Assembly (NCBI GenBank): GCA_032718475.1
Contig: JAUCBJ010002382.1
Span: forward strand, 1 to 51,027
Direction: 5' to 3'
Source of the DNA: Nemertoderma westbladi
Taxonomy: Eukaryota; Animalia; Xenacoelomorpha
Length of the DNA: 51,027 nt
The number at the start of each line of letters is the position of its first letter. Position 1 is the first letter of the stretch. The translations under genes were made by a program, and so were the position numbers. Below, piece after piece: positions 47,301 to 51,027 of this stretch. The notes beneath the pieces were generated by a model. The model was given only the letters and a program-made list of their open reading frames with translations. It had not been told where the DNA came from and did not search any database.

Positions 47301-48868
47301 CCCTATTAAACCCGGGGGGGGGGGGGTCAATATGACCCCCCCCCGTGGTTTTATTATTGTAATTCTGAAACAAACGCAGTTGGGAATCTGAAATTTTATG
47401 ACTTTTCCTAAAAATCTATTGTCTTCCTAGTAGTGAAAACCGTTTTCAAAAATATTGGGTAGTTTTCGAGTTATAGCACCATTTTTTAACCCTACTTTTG
47501 GCACTTTTTTTGAGACGTTTTTTGAAAATTACATTTCATTAAATATGAATTCTAACATCTCTTTTATTAATTTACACCGGTTTTTTGGTGTTAGAAATTG
47601 GATGGAATTCATATAAATTGATTTAGAAATTTCAAACTTGTTTTTTCGGCGGGTGCCAATTTTTGGTGCCAGCACCAAATTTTGAAATATGTCAATTTTG
47701 TAAATTGATTGTGTGACACTTGTTTTTTACGCAATTGGGGTTTTTTGGGGTTCTGGTTTCGATGAAATATATACGAGTTGCACCAAGCGTATCAAACTTG
47801 TATTTTTCGGTGGTGGGTGCTAATTTTGGTGCTAGCACAAAATTTTGAAAATCCATTCAATTGATAAAATTGTTTGTGACAATTTATTTCTTGCGTTTTA
47901 GAGGTTTATGGCTATTCTGAATTGAATGGAATATATAATTTTCGATCTAGGCATCTCAAACTTGTATTTTTCGGAAGTGGGTGCAAAATGTGGTGCTAGC
48001 ACCAAATTTTGAAAACCATCAAATATATAAATTGATTATGTCACCTTGTTTCTTGCGTTATACGGGTTTGTGAGGGTTCTGAATTCAATGGAATCAGTAA
48101 AAATTTCATGAGAGTTTTCAAACTTGTATTTTTCGCCGGTGGGTGAAAATTGTTGTGCCAGCACCAAATTTTGGAAAATAAGCAAATTGATCAGTAGATA
48201 GTATCATCTTGTTTATTGCGTTATACGGGTTTATGAGGGTCCTGAATCCGATAGAATCAATAAAAACAGCACTGGACATCGCAAACTTGTACTTTTTGAT
48301 GATGGGTACGAAATTTGGTCCTAGCACCAAAATTTGCCAAATTACGTCGAAAAATACAAGTAGCAATGATCTGGCATATTTGAAATGTATTCCATTAGAA
48401 TCAGCGCCCTAGAAAACCTGAAAATGTGAATTTATAGCATCGCATAAGTGAATTAAAAATTTTGTGTTCTAACTGAAAAGTGCTGGTAACTTGTTTTTTT
48501 CATTTTTTCCCTACGCAGAGAGGACTAAACAGCCATTTATGGTAATCATATGATTTTTAAATATTTTCCAATGTATTTTGCGCCCCAGAAAACCTGTATT
48601 GAAAAACAATTAGACGAAAAATGTCAGTTTCAAATTTTCTGAAAATTGTGCACTACTTGTAATTTTGGTGCTGCAATATAACCACCCCAGTACATTTTTT
48701 CGAAAATTTTTTTTTTCGGTCTGATCCTAACTAGTGATACCTACGTACAAACAAAAAATCAGACGTTTTCGTAAAAATTTGTAGATTTTAGAGGGGGGGG
48801 GGGGGGGGGGGTCAATATGACCCCTCCCCGGTATTTGTACAACATTTTATAGCCCGGTACTAATAGGG
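47301..48868. mobile_element. TTAA-associated non-autonomous DNA transposon (piggyBac-like ends) with internal ~160-bp tandem repeats
   Basis: Ends TTAAA|CCCTATTA...TAATAGGG|TTAA; Gn-TCAATATGA-Cn hairpin near both ends; AAACTTGT anchor at ~47634, 47793, 47959, 48120 and 48283. Confidence 0.75.
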
Positions 48869-51027
48869 TTAAGCAGTAAAAGTACCGGTAGGCACATTCG
48901 ACTATTATGTAGTGTTCTAGAATGTAAGTTATTGTAGCCATAGGAGCTCTCAGTCCAGTCCGTGGGAAAAGACCGTTTAGGGTTCGCTACAGTATACAGT
49001 ATCTATGGATTCTACATAGTTTTTTTTTAATGATAATTGACTAAATGTCGCAGCATAGCGGAAGTAATGCATCAACAAAATACTTGCCTATAGTACATGT
49101 ACATACAATATGACATACACCTTGCAATAACCGCACACTACAGGCGGGAGTTTAACGCGAGCTTAAAGAAACACAACTACATAGAGTATGTGGGAGATTC
49201 CAGTGTGAAGTGTCTCGCCTGCGCCCCTTTCATTTACGGCGAGATCGTAGGAGACATTCCTGTAAAAGCTTTTGCGTAATTAACCGGTTATTTTCCCTTA
49301 AAGTACTCTGTAGTTGGTTTACCAGGCATAAAAAGGCCGTGTCCTTACTGTACTGGTGTTTTAGAGGACATAAAAGTCATTTCTTCTGTATTTGTACTTT
49401 AGAGGACATAATCCGCAATCTCGTGACGCGATAAGCTAGATACTCTTGAAAACAGTGTCGCTACCATGACGACGGCTAACAGCTGATATTGCCACGTCGA
49501 CATTTCTTTGTTTCTTTGTTCTCTCGTTGTTCGGTTGACCAATCAGAGCGTTTTTTGTCTCTGTGTTGGAGGTGGATACAGAACTCAGTAGTTCAGTGTT
49601 ATGTTTTTGCCCAGAGCCTAAGAACATCGGCTTTTGGCACCTCCGTATATCAGCATTCTTTAGCTTTACATTAGTAGGCTTAATTATAGAACGTATATCT
49701 GTTATCTAACCATACCAATGCAAATCGAGTTAACATACCATATCTATCCATAAATTACTAATATTACTGCTTTTACTGTCGGTTATTCATTATATTTGTT
49801 GATGAAATATTATATCGGAATACTGATCAATAGTCAGACACCCAACCTTCTTGATATACTAAAGGTTAGAGAGACCGGTTACAGATAAACGATTGCGACC
49901 TATGTTAAGTGGTTTGAAGTGAATCTAATGCTATTTCATAGGCCCGACATAAATTGTATGTTGCTCTCTTTATACGTGACTAAATTTAGTGAAGGTCGGC
50001 AGATTAGTGTGCAGTATTGTGCAGCATTGTGTATGAGTGTAATTGATAACAAAGCATCTCCTAAAGAATGCGCCATATACGTGAATCTATAGCCTTTTCG
50101 TTGTGTCTAGTTTAAGTCATAACTCTGTTTACATATTTAGAGCGCCACGTCCTAAAGGAACTGTTAATATTTCCCGAAAGTGAATAATATTTGTCAGAGA
50201 TTATATATTACGATCAGTCGAATAATACGGTAGGCTTACACCATCAATCATTAAGCTTCCGAATTCAGTCTCCCGGGTATATCCAGCGGGTGAATGATTG
50301 CGCATAGACTGGCTTCGGCTAATGTAGTGTATCAAATACTCGTCATAAGCTAAAGAATATATATCATCTAAAAGACATCCTAATTTGGCAGGTTAAACTG
50401 TCAAAGGTCTTAAAAGCGCAAACAATAACAGATATTGCTTCTGGATTGCGGTGTAAGCAATCTAGTCGAAAGTACCGGTCGACCGGTAACCAGTAGGCCT
50501 GACTGCCTGATCATCCGGACCGGTACCTACAGTAGTACAGGTACAGCAGTATTATTCGATTGTGGTATTGTATACCGGTAGGCTGTTTAAGAGATTAGGG
50601 ACTGTACACCCCTTGTTTCTTTTGGAGCTTACTTATTTCTGTCAGTTTTATTTATTTGTAGGCCAGTATTGAGCAGAAGGCGTGTAAGCCTGCTCAGATT
50701 GTACAGATAATTTGTAGGCTTGACTGTTGTCTAACTGTTGTTAAGTCTGAACGGATTGCAGTGTGTGTAGAGCATCTGTCCGATGAAGTGCTAGTTAGGA
50801 AAGTAGGGGCTTCAAGTGCTGTGAGGTAAACCCCCTGTGAAAGAATAAGTCGTACTACTGGGTTAGAACGCATACTAACTAATCATTTCGGAGTCTGCAT
50901 ATACTGTAGTGTATTTGGGCTTGATAGTAGTCTGCCATCGTTTGGTCTGTACTTTGTTTGTGTAGTCTGTACGGGTAGCGTATAATTTTATTTAGATAAT
51001 TTGTAGGCTGGATAGTTGTCTGGCTGT

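Noticed and set aside
49000-51027. Gene or LTR at the window end
   Set aside because: Only short ORFs and loose GTAGGCT-containing repeats; no partner LTR or coding motif is visible within the window.

Overview
AT-rich animal (probably invertebrate bilaterian) genomic DNA with few genes and many transposons; no prokaryotic features. Host genes: the first two coding exons of a Serrate/Jagged-type Notch ligand (minus strand, continuing off the window start), an intronless OS-9-like ER lectin, two orphan ORFs (12.0 kb and 46.4-47.2 kb) and a frameshifted ALDH3 fragment that the ORF track misses. Mobile elements: a SINE, a CR1/L2-group LINE remnant, four RTE-LINE copies, an internally deleted BEL/Pao LTR element, a young but damaged GC-rich Gypsy element, a piggyBac remnant, several MITE/foldback elements and Helentron/DINE-1-like elements. 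Most interesting signals: (1) the Helentron-like elements carry arrays of co-oriented CTCF-like motifs (CCGCTAGAGGGC) every ~146 bp; (2) a 6.1-kb coding VNTR appears to have expanded from a reconstructable 79-aa protein with perfect GxxxG periodicity; (3) a 3-kb, 25-bp satellite in the Notch-ligand intron resembles the adjacent exon/intron junction and supplies ~120 donor-like sites; (4) the BEL element has non-canonical TA...AA LTR ends; (5) the ALDH3 fragment may have been captured by a Helentron-like element. All homology calls come from motif recognition by eye; no searches were run.
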